From assembly GCA_020719105.1 (NCBI GenBank), contig DYQV01000001.1, forward strand, positions 1 to 37,200: a DNA stretch of 37,200 bases, in the 5' to 3' direction. Origin of the DNA: Rikenella microfusus (GTDB lineage: Bacteria > Bacteroidota > Bacteroidia > Bacteroidales > SZUA-534). The position numbers and the translations under genes are program-made. Shown piece by piece: positions 7,415 to 16,714 of the stretch (the stretch's first letter is position 1; each line of letters starts with the position of its first letter). The notes under the pieces are model-generated. The model made no database searches. It was not told the DNA's origin and saw only the letters and a list, made by a program, of their open reading frames with translations.

Positions 7415-9535
7415 TTACTTGTCTTTGAATTTTGGGTTAACCCCCAAATTATAAAACATAAATGAATAAGTGTCGGTTAATTCTTCAATCATTTTTGTGG
7501 TGGGCTTTCCGGCACCATGACCGGCTTTTGAATCAATACGAATGATTACCGGATTTGAACCTTTATATTTTGACTGAAGCGTGGCCATATATTTAAACGA
7601 ATGGGCAGGAACCACGCGATCGTCGTGATCGGCAGTAGTAACCATCACTGCAGGATACTCAGTATTTTCTTTTATGGCATGGACGGGGGAATAAGCTAAC
7701 AAATACTTAAACATGGCTTCACTATCCTCGCTGGTTCCATAGTCAGTTGCCCAATAACGGCCGATAGTAAATTTATGATAACGGAGCATATCCATAACCC
7801 CAACGGCCGGAATGGCCGCACCAAACAAATCGGGTCGCTGATTGACCACGGCTCCCACCAACAACCCACCATTTGAACCACCTAACAAAGCAATTTTCCC
7901 TTTGCTGGTATATTTCTCATTTATCAGATATTCTGCAGCGGCAATGCAATCATCGAATACGTTTTGTTTTTGCATCAACGTTCCGGATTTATGCCATTCT
8001 TCTCCATACTCACCTCCCCCACGTAAATTCATCATGGCGTAAATACCGCCTTGCTCCAACCAAATTAGCCTTCCTACACTGAAGGACGGGGTTAAGCTGA
8101 TATTGAAACCACCATAGCCATAGAGCAGTAAAGGATTTTTGCCATTCAGGACAAGCCCTTTTTTATGCACAATGAACATGGGTATTTTGGTTCCATCCTT
8201 GCTAGCATAAAATACCTGTTTTGTTTCATAAAGATCCGGATTAAAATCAACATCTGCTTTTTGATAAACTTCCGATTTATTATTTTTTATGTCGTATTTA
8301 TAAACGGTAGCCGGAGTAGTGAAGGAAGTGAGGGAGTAGAAAGTAACGGTATCTTCCTTTTTACCGCTGAACCCACTTACTGAACCTAATATTGGAAGCT
8401 CCAGATCATATAAATATTTTCCATTTAGGTCATTAACTTCAACATGGCTATGGGCATCTTTAAGATAGGTTGCTATAATTTTTCCACCCATAATTGAAAC
8501 CCCTGTGAGTACTCCTTCCTTTTCCGGAATAAAATCAACCCATTTTTCGCGGGCATAATCATTCAAATCAATTTCAATAACTTTATATTTTGATGCTTGA
8601 TAATTGGTCAATACCAATAGTTTTCCATTTATGTGATCGACCACTTGAAAATCATTTTCGAAATTTTCAACCACCTTAATCACCTTTCCGTCTTTTTCAA
8701 TATCCTTCATGTAAAAAGCATTACCCGAAGTGGATTCGGTAACAGAAAGGATAAGATACCTTTCGTCCTCAGTAACTCCAGCTCCAAAACCCCATTGCGG
8801 GTTTTGCAGGTCTTCAAATATCAATTTGTCTTCTGCTTGCGTGGTTCCAATTTTATGATAATACACCTTGCTGTTTTCGTTCACACCTTTAAGTACATCC
8901 TTTTCTATTGGTTCCGGATAACGGGAATAGAAGAATCCATCGTTAAACCAGGACATTCCTGAAAACTTAACCCATTTGATATGGTCAGCCAACAATTCAC
9001 CTGTTTTCAGGCTTTTCACAAAGAACTCATTCCAATCCGAACCGCCTTTCGAAATTCCATAACCCAGATATTTTCCATCGCTTGATGGCGAAAAATTGGC
9101 AAGTGACACAGTTCCGTCTTCGGAAAATTTATTTGGATCTAAAATTTCCATTTCTTCTTCTGAAATGGAATCCATCATAAATGCCACACTCTGGTTTTGA
9201 AGTCCGTTATTTCGGAAGATAAAGTAGTGCCCGCCTTCATGGTATGGAGCAGAAACTTTGGGATAATCCCAAAGTTTGGTTAACCGCTTGTTAATGGCAT
9301 CACGATAAGGGATTTTTGCCAAATAAGAATCAGTTACTTCATTTTGAGCCTTTACCCATGCCTTGGTGGAATCGGAATTATCGTCCTCGAGCCAACGGTA
9401 AGGGTCAGGTACCTGGGTTCCAAAATAATGGTCAATGGTGTCCACTTTGTTTGTCATCGGATAGTTTAATTTTTCTTTGCCCGGCTGGCACGATACCATT
9501 CCAGCCATAAAGCACAAAACAACAAATTTATTCAT
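7415..9535 (-). CDS. Prolyl oligopeptidase (S9A serine peptidase), probable lipoprotein
   Basis: Contains YRWLED, catalytic GGSNGGLL, and DHDDRVVPAHSFK...GHG. Start is set at MNKFVVLCFMAGMVSCQ (lipobox-like) rather than the 19-codon upstream extension. Confidence 0.92.
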   Translation of the reverse strand: MNKFVVLCFMAGMVSCQPGKEKLNYPMTNKVDTIDHYFGTQVPDPYRWLEDDNSDSTKAWVKAQNEVTDSYLAKIPYRDAINKRLTKLWDYPKVSAPYHEGGHYFIFRNNGLQNQSVAFMMDSISEEEMEILDPNKFSEDGTVSLANFSPSSDGKYLGYGISKGGSDWNEFFVKSLKTGELLADHIKWVKFSGMSWFNDGFFYSRYPEPIEKDVLKGVNENSKVYYHKIGTTQAEDKLIFEDLQNPQWGFGAGVTEDERYLILSVTESTSGNAFYMKDIEKDGKVIKVVENFENDFQVVDHINGKLLVLTNYQASKYKVIEIDLNDYAREKWVDFIPEKEGVLTGVSIMGGKIIATYLKDAHSHVEVNDLNGKYLYDLELPILGSVSGFSGKKEDTVTFYSLTSFTTPATVYKYDIKNNKSEVYQKADVDFNPDLYETKQVFYASKDGTKIPMFIVHKKGLVLNGKNPLLLYGYGGFNISLTPSFSVGRLIWLEQGGIYAMMNLRGGGEYGEEWHKSGTLMQKQNVFDDCIAAAEYLINEKYTSKGKIALLGGSNGGLLVGAVVNQRPDLFGAAIPAVGVMDMLRYHKFTIGRYWATDYGTSEDSEAMFKYLLAYSPVHAIKENTEYPAVMVTTADHDDRVVPAHSFKYMATLQSKYKGSNPVIIRIDSKAGHGAGKPTTKMIEELTDTYSFMFYNLGVNPKFKDK

Positions 9536-9778
9536 CGATTTAAAATTTAAATAACATTTATATTGAACCAATTTCATGCAACTTTTCTGCATTTTATTTA
9601 GTAAGTAGGGTTTACCACGAAAAAGTTACTCGCAAGGTAAATAAACTTAATAAATAAACTATATTGCCTTAAATAGAATTTATAGCGGTTACAGGAATTG
9701 AAAACAAATAGCGAAGCAGGCGCTTCACTTTCCATGTCATTTTTTTTGTGAACTTCTTGTAGCATTAAAAGAAATAAT

Positions 9779-9786
9779 TATCTTTG
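9779..9786 (+). promoter_or_regulatory. -7 promoter box (TAnnTTTG) for rpsO
   Basis: tatctttg is an exact match. A TTG lies 19 nt upstream (9757-9759) as a possible -33 element. The box is 46 nt upstream of the ATG. Confidence 0.55.
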
Positions 9787-9832
9787 CGGTTCAAAATTTT
9801 ATAGGAATTAAGATTTTAATATAAGAAAGAAT

Positions 9833-10102
9833 ATGTACTTAACAGTAGAGAAAAAAACAGAGCTTTTTCAGTCGTTCGGCAAATCGGCACAAGATACTGG
9901 ATCATCTGAAGGACAAATTGCGTTATTCAGTTACCGGATTGCACACTTAACTGAGCATCTCAAAAAAAACAAACACGATTTTGGAACGCAAAAAGCGCTG
10001 CTAAAATTGGTAGGTAAACGCAGAAGTTTACTCGATTACCTAAAAGATAACGATATTGAAAGGTACCGTGCCATTATTAAAGCACTTAACTTAAGAAAAT
10101 AG
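9833..10102 (+). CDS. rpsO: 30S ribosomal protein S15
   Basis: 89 aa, GSSEGQIALFSYRIAHLTEHLKKNKHDFGTQKALLKLVGKRRSLLDYL. It sits immediately upstream of pnp, as in many bacteria. Confidence 0.97.
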   Translation: MYLTVEKKTELFQSFGKSAQDTGSSEGQIALFSYRIAHLTEHLKKNKHDFGTQKALLKLVGKRRSLLDYLKDNDIERYRAIIKALNLRK

Positions 10103-10103
10103 C

Positions 10104-10132
10104 AAAAAAAGGCACTTCAGTTGCCTTTTTTT
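10104..10132 (+). terminator. rpsO terminator/attenuator hairpin
   Basis: aaaaaggca / tgccttttt stem with a 7-nt loop and a T-run, starting 2 nt after the rpsO stop. Confidence 0.65.
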
Positions 10133-10228
10133 GTTTAATGCCTTCTATCAAATAAAATACCCATCAATCTCAATGATTTATTCATTAATTAGTTGCAAAT
10201 TGTAAGAACGCAACTTTGGTAAATCACA

Positions 10229-10236
10229 TATTTTTG
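10229..10236 (+). promoter_or_regulatory. -7 promoter box (TAnnTTTG) upstream of pnp
   Basis: tatttttg is an exact match and would give a ~75-nt leader before the ATG at 10314. Confidence 0.4.
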
Positions 10237-10313
10237 GAGAAAATTAATTAGTATAAATCTGGCTTGCCCACAAGAAATAAAAAGAAACCGGTAAGCTATT
10301 AGAAACAAGAAAG

Positions 10314-12434
10314 ATGAAAATTATAAACAAACAAATTGACTTAGGCGACGGCCGGATCATCAACATTGAAACCGGTAAACTTGCCAAACAAGCCGACGGC
10401 GCGGTTGTTGTAAAATTGGGTAATACCATGTTATTGGCAACCGTTGTAGCGGCCAAAGAAGCTAAAGAAAACGTGGATTTTATGCCACTTTCTGTCGAAT
10501 ATCAAGAAAAATATGCTGCTGCCGGACGTTTCCCTGGTGGCTTTTTACGTCGTGAAGGCAGGGCCCAGGATTCTGAAATATTGGTTTCCCGTTTAATTGA
10601 CCGTGCCCTGCGTCCTTTATTCCCCGATGACTTTCATGCAGAAACCTTTGTTACCGTTCAACTTATTTCGGCCGATAAAGATACTATGCCTGATGCCCTT
10701 GCTGGACTTGCTGCATCAGCTGCATTGGCTGTTTCCAATATTCCTTTCAACGGACCTATATCAGAATGCCGCGTTGGACGTGTAAATGGAAAGTTAAAAA
10801 TCAATCCATCGGTAGCCGAATTGGTTGACTCTGATATTGACATTATGGTAGCTGCAACCATCGATAATATTTTGATGGTAGAAGGTGAAATGAAAGAAAT
10901 TTCAGAAGCTGAAATGCTTGAGGCAATTAAATACGCCCACGAAACCATTAAAATTCATTGTAAGGCTCAACTGGAATTGGCTGAAGAAGTGGGTTCAACT
11001 GCTAAACGTGAATATTGCCACGAAACGAATGATGAAGCTTTACGCGAAAAAATATGGAAAGAAACTTACGATAAAGTTTATGCTGTAGCCAAAAAGTGTC
11101 AAGCCGACAAACACGCCCGTCATGATGATTTTGAAGCGGTTAAAGCAGATTTCTTTGCTCAATATACTGAAGAAGAATTGGTTTTATTAGACAAAACGTT
11201 GGTTGGAAAATACTACCACGATGTTGAAAAAGAAGCCGTACGAAACCTGATTCTTGATGAGGGTTTGCGTTTGGATGGTAGAAAAACAACTGAAATCCGC
11301 CCTATTTGGAGTGAGATCGATTATCTACCAGCTGCTCACGGTTCAGCTATATTTACCCGTGGTGAAACACAATCGCTTACCACAGTAACTTTAGGAACCA
11401 AGCTGGATAACAAACTGGTTGATGAAGTGATGCGTCAGGGAAAAGATAACTTTCTATTGCATTACAATTTCCCTCCATTCTCAACCGGCGATGCCAAAAT
11501 GTCAAGAGGTGTTGGACGTCGCGAAATTGGACATGGAAACTTGGCCCACCGCGCATTGAAGAACATGCTTCCTACAGGTGTTGACAATCCATATTCAATC
11601 CGTATTGTTTCCGATATTCTGGAATCGAACGGTTCTTCATCCATGGCTACTGTTTGTGCGGGTACATTGGCACTTATGGACGCCGGTATCAAAATCAAAA
11701 AACCGGTTTCAGGCATTGCCATGGGACTTATCACCAAAGGAAACAAATACGCCGTTTTGAGCGATATCCTTGGCGATGAAGACCATTTGGGTGATATGGA
11801 TTTTAAAGTTACCGGAACCAAAGATGGTATAACCGCTACCCAAATGGATATTAAAGTAGATGGATTGCCATACGAAGTATTGGCTCAGGCATTGGAACAA
11901 GCTAAAGAAGGTCGTATGCACATCTTAGGTAAAATTTTGGAGACCATTTCAGAACCAAGGCCGGAATTTAAGCCTCATGCTCCACAAGTGGTTACCATAA
12001 TGATACCAAAAGATACCATTGGTTCGTTGATAGGCCCTGGCGGCAAGATTATTCAAGAAATTCAAGCTTCAACAGGAACCACTATCATTATTGAGGAAAT
12101 TGGTAATATGGGTAAAGTGGAAGTGGTTGCATCCAACAAAGAATCCATTGATGCCGCTGTGAAACGGATTAAAGGCATTGTAGCTGTTCCTGAAATTGGA
12201 GAAGTTTACAAAGGTAAAGTGAAAGCTATTGTGGCTTTCGGCGCTTTTGTAGAAATACTTCCAGGTAAAGAAGGATTGTTACACATTTCAGAAATTGAAT
12301 GGCGCCGTTTGGATAAAGTGGAAGAAGTGTTAAAAGAAGGCGATGAAGTGGAAGTTAAATTGATTGATGTTGACAAAGCCGGTAAATTCAAACTTTCCAG
12401 AAAAATTCTGATGCCAAAACCAGAGAAAAACTAA
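10314..12434 (+). CDS. pnp: Polyribonucleotide nucleotidyltransferase (PNPase)
   Basis: 706 aa with two RNase PH-like halves and a KH segment ([11 protein letters not shown]). The C-terminal S1 domain is [33 protein letters not shown]. Confidence 0.98.
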   Translation: MKIINKQIDLGDGRIINIETGKLAKQADGAVVVKLGNTMLLATVVAAKEAKENVDFMPLSVEYQEKYAAAGRFPGGFLRREGRAQDSEILVSRLIDRALRPLFPDDFHAETFVTVQLISADKDTMPDALAGLAASAALAVSNIPFNGPISECRVGRVNGKLKINPSVAELVDSDIDIMVAATIDNILMVEGEMKEISEAEMLEAIKYAHETIKIHCKAQLELAEEVGSTAKREYCHETNDEALREKIWKETYDKVYAVAKKCQADKHARHDDFEAVKADFFAQYTEEELVLLDKTLVGKYYHDVEKEAVRNLILDEGLRLDGRKTTEIRPIWSEIDYLPAAHGSAIFTRGETQSLTTVTLGTKLDNKLVDEVMRQGKDNFLLHYNFPPFSTGDAKMSRGVGRREIGHGNLAHRALKNMLPTGVDNPYSIRIVSDILESNGSSSMATVCAGTLALMDAGIKIKKPVSGIAMGLITKGNKYAVLSDILGDEDHLGDMDFKVTGTKDGITATQMDIKVDGLPYEVLAQALEQAKEGRMHILGKILETISEPRPEFKPHAPQVVTIMIPKDTIGSLIGPGGKIIQEIQASTGTTIIIEEIGNMGKVEVVASNKESIDAAVKRIKGIVAVPEIGEVYKGKVKAIVAFGAFVEILPGKEGLLHISEIEWRRLDKVEEVLKEGDEVEVKLIDVDKAGKFKLSRKILMPKPEKN

Positions 12435-12458
12435 TTTACAACTAATTAGAAAATATAG

Positions 12459-12490
12459 AAAGGTATTCCATTTTGGGATACCTTTTTTTT
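12459..12490 (+). terminator. pnp rho-independent terminator
   Basis: 9-bp stem aggtattcc (12461-12469) / gggatacct (12475-12483) with one G-U pair and a 5-nt loop, followed by T8. Confidence 0.85.
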
Positions 12491-12492
12491 AT

Positions 12493-12729
12493 ATTTGAAA
12501 ACACTATTGTCCGGTTAAATTAAAAAAAATGCCACCAAGTCACAAAAACACCCAGATTCACAAAATTTAATACGTTGATTATAATTAACTTGGTGATTTA
12601 TTGGTGTCATAGTGACGAAAAGAAAATTGAAAGTAGCCCGTATTTTAAAATTAAAAGCAAAATCATCTGGTTTTATTGGTCAATAAGGGAATTTGTGATT
12701 TTTTTTACCGGACAACAATAATTTGAAAA
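12493..12729. mobile_element. MITE-like non-coding insertion: 219-bp body with imperfect terminal inverted repeats, flanked by perfect 9-bp direct repeats
   Basis: ATTTGAAAA occurs at 12493-12501 and 12721-12729. The ends are cactattgtccggt (12502-12515) and accggacaacaata (12707-12720), which match in inverted orientation at 11 of 14 positions with core ttgtccggt. There is no ORF inside. Confidence 0.4.
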
Positions 12730-13007
12730 TGGCTAAAATAAAATCGCTTCAGATTCAGGTAACCGGTAGGGTGCAAAAAGTTGGTTTCCGGTTCAATGCC
12801 CAAGACACGGCACTAAAACTGAGGCTTAACGGATTCGTCATGAACAATACCGATGGCAGTGTTTATATGGAAGTTGAAGGGGACGAAGATTCCCTAAACC
12901 AATTCCTGATATGGTGCCACCAAGGACCTGAATGGTCCATGGTAACCGGAGTTAAAGTGGTTGAGCAGGATATTAAAGGTTATGAAGGATTTTTTGTAAA
13001 AAAATAA
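12729..13007 (+). CDS. acyP: Acylphosphatase
   Basis: Contains VTGRVQKVGFRF (VxGxVQGVxFR motif). It is ~92 aa with the start set at ATG 12729, because the track start at 12723 is TTG. Confidence 0.88.
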   Translation: MAKIKSLQIQVTGRVQKVGFRFNAQDTALKLRLNGFVMNNTDGSVYMEVEGDEDSLNQFLIWCHQGPEWSMVTGVKVVEQDIKGYEGFFVKK

Positions 13008-13011
13008 CATC

Positions 13012-14952
13012 CTATAATTCTTTCATCCCTTTTAAAGCATCCACCTCATGGCTCAATGATTCCCAATTATGCATTTCGTTTTCTAAATCCTTTTTAAGTT
13101 TTTCATACTTTTCAAACACCGTGTGATCGCTGCTGTTTTCAGGAATGGATAATAGCACATTCATCTTTTCGATTTCATCCTCCAAGTTCATAATCTGCTC
13201 TTCACTATCTTCAACAGCTTTCTGGGCTTTCCGGATTTTCTTGTCCAGCTCCTTCCGCTCTTCATATTTCAGCTTGTTGTCCGACGATTCTTTCGGTTTT
13301 TCATCGGATTCCACTCTTTTAATCTGGTTCAACTGGTTCAGGGTTTCCAACCTTTTCTTCTGTAAAAACTCAGCAATGCCGTACAGATTCTGCTTTGCCT
13401 TTTTTTCTTTAAATTCATAAACGGTCTGCACAATACCGTCCAAAAAATCACGGTCGTGCGAAACCAGAATCAACGTACCGTCAAAAGTTAGTAGTGCTTG
13501 TTTTAAGATGTCTTTCGAACGCATATCCAGGTGATTGGTGGGTTCATCAAGAACCAAGAGATTGGCGGGTTCCAGCAGCAGTTTAGCCAACGATAACCGG
13601 GCCCGTTCGCCTCCTGAAAGAACACTTACCTTTTTATCCACATCCTCGCCCCGGAAAAGGAAAGAGGCCAATATATCACGGATTTTGGTACGAACATCGC
13701 CTGTAGCAACGGCATCAATGGTTTGCAATACAGTTTTGGAATCGTCGAGCATTTCGCTTTGGTTTTGGGCATAATACCCTATCTTAACGTTATGGCCAAG
13801 TTTCAAATGGCCCTCGTAAGTATGTTGCCCAATAATCACTTTCGAAAAAGTGGTTTTCCCTTCGCCGTTTTTCCCAACAAAGGCAACTTTTTCCCCCTTT
13901 TCGAGCACAAAATCAATTTTGGAAAGCACCAGATGGTCGCCAAAACTCTTTGATAATTCCTTGGTTTCCAAAATTATCTGTCCCGAATGGGGAGCCGGTG
14001 GAAACCGAAAATGGATGGAAGAACGATCGAGCTCATCAATCTCGATTCGGTCTATTTTATCAAGCATTTTTATACGTGACTGAACCTGAACACTTTTTGT
14101 AGCTTTATACCGGAACCGTTCAATAAACTGCTCAGTAACCTCAATTTTCTTCTGTTGGTTCTCAAAAGCTGCCCGTTGCTGGTCGAGCAATTCCTGCCTT
14201 AGTACCACATACTTTGAATAACCAACCTTGTAATCGTAAATTTTACCCAACGATATCTCCAAAGTCCGATTGGTGAGGTTGTCGAGGAAAGCCTTATCGT
14301 GCGAAACCACCACCACAGCACCTTCATACACTTTCAACATATCTTCGAACCATTGCACCGATTCAATATCGAGGTGGTTTGTGGGTTCATCGAGCAGCAG
14401 AACATCGGGCTTCTTCAACAGCACTTTGGCCAATTCAATGCGCATGCGCCAACCGCCACTGAATTCAACGGTAGGCCTCTCAAAATCGGTACGCGAAAAA
14501 CCCAACCCAATCAACGTGTTTTCAATATTGGCTTGGATGCTTCCCCCACCCAACAGGTTGAATCGCTCGGTCTTTTCGGAAAGTTTATGGATTAAATCGA
14601 GGTATTCTTTTGATTCATAATCAGTTCTAACAATCAGTTCTTCATTATAATTTTTAATTTCCTGTTTAATAGTAAGTATTTCATCATAAGCCCCCATGGT
14701 TTCTTTAAACACGTTTTTGGTATCCGAAACAATCATGTGCTGCGGCAGATAGCCAATGGTGGTATCACGGGGAATAGCAACTTGTCCTTTATCGTATTGC
14801 TGCATCCCACTAAGAACTTTTAGTAAGGTTGATTTACCAGCCCCATTTTTACCCGTTAAGCCAATGCGGTCGCGGGGGTTAATCAAAAAACTAATATCAT
14901 CGAAAAGCGGAGTGCCTGAGAATTCAACCGTCAAGCCGTTAACTGAAATCAT
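13012..14952 (-). CDS. ABC-F family ATPase (translation-associated, Uup/YheS-like) with a C-terminal coiled coil
   Basis: Two Walker A motifs (GKNGAGKST, GKNGEGKTT) and two signatures (LSGGWRMR, LSGGERAR), with no TM domain and a charged C-terminal tail. Start is set at MISVNGLTVEF (14952). Confidence 0.92.
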   Translation of the reverse strand: MISVNGLTVEFSGTPLFDDISFLINPRDRIGLTGKNGAGKSTLLKVLSGMQQYDKGQVAIPRDTTIGYLPQHMIVSDTKNVFKETMGAYDEILTIKQEIKNYNEELIVRTDYESKEYLDLIHKLSEKTERFNLLGGGSIQANIENTLIGLGFSRTDFERPTVEFSGGWRMRIELAKVLLKKPDVLLLDEPTNHLDIESVQWFEDMLKVYEGAVVVVSHDKAFLDNLTNRTLEISLGKIYDYKVGYSKYVVLRQELLDQQRAAFENQQKKIEVTEQFIERFRYKATKSVQVQSRIKMLDKIDRIEIDELDRSSIHFRFPPAPHSGQIILETKELSKSFGDHLVLSKIDFVLEKGEKVAFVGKNGEGKTTFSKVIIGQHTYEGHLKLGHNVKIGYYAQNQSEMLDDSKTVLQTIDAVATGDVRTKIRDILASFLFRGEDVDKKVSVLSGGERARLSLAKLLLEPANLLVLDEPTNHLDMRSKDILKQALLTFDGTLILVSHDRDFLDGIVQTVYEFKEKKAKQNLYGIAEFLQKKRLETLNQLNQIKRVESDEKPKESSDNKLKYEERKELDKKIRKAQKAVEDSEEQIMNLEDEIEKMNVLLSIPENSSDHTVFEKYEKLKKDLENEMHNWESLSHEVDALKGMKEL

Positions 14953-14977
14953 ATTCCGGAAATTATTAAATCGGGGG

Positions 14978-14985
14978 CAAAAATA
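14978..14985 (-). promoter_or_regulatory. -7 promoter box (TAnnTTTG) for the ABC-F gene
   Basis: The minus strand reads tatttttg, 25 nt upstream of the ATG at 14952. Confidence 0.5.
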
Positions 14986-15121
14986 GCAACAAAAATTCAG
15001 CACATGAACAATTCATGTAAGAAACCTGTCCATTTGATGTACCAAATAATAATTTACTAAAGTTTCACAAATTTATAAAGCTCAATAATTAGGCATGTTA
15101 AATTTGATAATTACCCCCGCT

Positions 15122-15145
15122 GCCGCACGAGGTCTCTCGTGTGGC
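15122..15145 (+). other. Isolated GC-rich hairpin in an AT-rich 334-bp gap
   Basis: gccgcacgag / ctcgtgtggc forms a 10-bp stem with loop gtct. The one non-Watson-Crick pair is G-U on the + strand RNA but a C/A mismatch on the - strand RNA. Confidence 0.6.
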
Positions 15146-15286
15146 TTAAATAATAAAAGTTTATTCAGCTTTGCTATATTTTGATAAGACAGAAAATGGC
15201 AAGCCACATGATGCAACTTAACGAATTGATTTCACCAAAGGTATTTGCGCGACAGCGGGAATTGGAAAGTTTTTTAACCCATTTCC

Positions 15287-16714
15287 TTAGGTAATAAGCT
15301 GCGTACGGTTTGAATCGAGTTTCAATAAAATAAACAGCAGAAAGGTAAAACCCCAAAGCGAAGAACCTCCGTAACTAAAAAAGGGTAAGGGAATACCAAT
15401 AACCGGCGCCAGACCAATAGTCATTCCCACATTTATAGCTACATGAAAAAACAGAATACTGGCTACACAATAGCCATAAATGCGGCTGAATTTCGATTTT
15501 TGCCGTTCGGCCATAATAATAATCCGCATGAGTAAAGCCAAAAACAGACCCAAAACTAAAGCTGAACCCACAAAGCCCCACTCCTCGCCTACGGTGCAAA
15601 AAATAAAGTCGGTGCTTTGTTCCGGTACAAACTTAAACTTGGTTTGGGTACCCAGCAAGTATCCTTTCCCAATGGGTCCGCCGGAACCAATGGCAATCAT
15701 ACTCTGGTTAACATTGTAACCTGCTCCATAAGGATCGGATTGTATTCCTAAAAGTACTTTTATTCTGCGCTGCTGATAACCATCCAGTATATTATCGAAA
15801 AAATAATCAACAGAATAGGCGTAAAATACGGATGAAAATAATACCACCAGTATTACAAAACCCCCATTTAATTTATTTTTAAAAAGTATGTAAACAAAAA
15901 ATAGGGATGAAAACAGTAAGGCTAACAACAAAAGGAAAGTTACTGACGCATCGGGAATGAAATAAGTCATTATTGCCCATGCCAAAACCGATGAAATTCC
16001 TAAAATTGATGCAGCTAATATCGTATCCTTTCGTCGCCGGTACAATATATAAAAGGCCAATAAAGCCAACCCCTCTAAAATAAGAATGATTAGGTAGTTT
16101 TCAAAAAGCATGGCTAAAATAAACAAAGCCACAGCCAATAATCCGAAAAGCATATAAACCGAAGGCATCCCTTCGCGATAAAAAACCAAGATAAAAATAA
16201 AGAATACCAACGCTGAACCGGTATCATTTTGCAACAAAATAAATAGGGTTGGGATACCTATTATGGTAAAAAATACAACCAAGGTTTTGAACTTTTCCGG
16301 TTTTAAACTATAATGACTTAAGTACTTTGCCATTGCCAAGGCGGTGGCAATTTTTGTAAATTCTGCCGGTTGAAACTGGATGGAGCCTATTACTAACCAC
16401 GATTTTGCCCCATTAATCCGAGTACCTAAAATAAGCACTGCAATTAAAAGAAGAATGGATAAACCATAAATAATGTATGCAAAAGAGGAATAGAATTTAC
16501 TGTCAACTACCAATGCAATTACGATTAGTATGAAAGCAGCACCAATCCATATTAGTTGCTTACCATAACGCGTCCCAAAATGAAAACCCTGCTGTTGCTC
16601 TTCATTAAACACTGCAGAATATATATTCAACCAGCCAAGAATAACCAATAAGAAATACAAACCTATGGTTATCCAGTCAAGGTCATACCAAATGCTATTT
16701 TTAGGGCTGTTCAT
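15287..16714 (-). CDS. rodA: SEDS-family peptidoglycan polymerase RodA
   Basis: Polytopic membrane protein with QFQPAEFTKI, NDTGSAL, QSMIAIGSGG and PEQSTDFIF motifs. It is the last gene of the mre/mrd cluster. Confidence 0.93.
   Translation of the reverse strand: MNSPKNSIWYDLDWITIGLYFLLVILGWLNIYSAVFNEEQQQGFHFGTRYGKQLIWIGAAFILIVIALVVDSKFYSSFAYIIYGLSILLLIAVLILGTRINGAKSWLVIGSIQFQPAEFTKIATALAMAKYLSHYSLKPEKFKTLVVFFTIIGIPTLFILLQNDTGSALVFFIFILVFYREGMPSVYMLFGLLAVALFILAMLFENYLIILILEGLALLAFYILYRRRKDTILAASILGISSVLAWAIMTYFIPDASVTFLLLLALLFSSLFFVYILFKNKLNGGFVILVVLFSSVFYAYSVDYFFDNILDGYQQRRIKVLLGIQSDPYGAGYNVNQSMIAIGSGGPIGKGYLLGTQTKFKFVPEQSTDFIFCTVGEEWGFVGSALVLGLFLALLMRIIIMAERQKSKFSRIYGYCVASILFFHVAINVGMTIGLAPVIGIPLPFFSYGGSSLWGFTFLLFILLKLDSNRTQLIT

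Noticed and set aside
14270-14620. Long antisense or overlapping ORFs inside genes, for example 14270-14620, 14299-14595, 22825-23214, 1113-1547, 8633-8962, 10658-10948, 11462-11821 and 19855-20169
   Set aside because: All lie fully within, and opposite or out of frame to, strongly supported conserved genes. They have low-complexity or Ser/Phe/Ile-rich translations and no start context. They are typical shadow ORFs.
14953-15003. Upstream extension of the ABC-F ORF. The same reasoning applies to the extensions at 9536-9592 (oligopeptidase), 32461-32526 (nitroreductase), 3892-3927 (pyrE) and 32366-32413 (Wzy_C-TPR).
   Set aside because: The extensions are Cys/Phe-rich or low-complexity, begin at non-ATG codons in several cases, and would swallow exact TAnnTTTG promoter boxes. 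Canonical family N-termini start at the internal Met.
15196-15294. 32-codon + strand ORF as a stand-alone gene call
   Set aside because: It is too short, has no recognisable motif, has only an approximate promoter box, and overlaps the rodA 3' end. It is kept only as part of a low-interest finding and is not listed as a feature.
15287-16714. RodA is unusually long (475 aa) with extra hydrophobic segments between the NDTGSAL and QSMIAIGSGG motifs
   Set aside because: This is probably a lineage-typical insertion in Bacteroidota SEDS proteins. I cannot establish novelty without an alignment, and all conserved motifs are intact.
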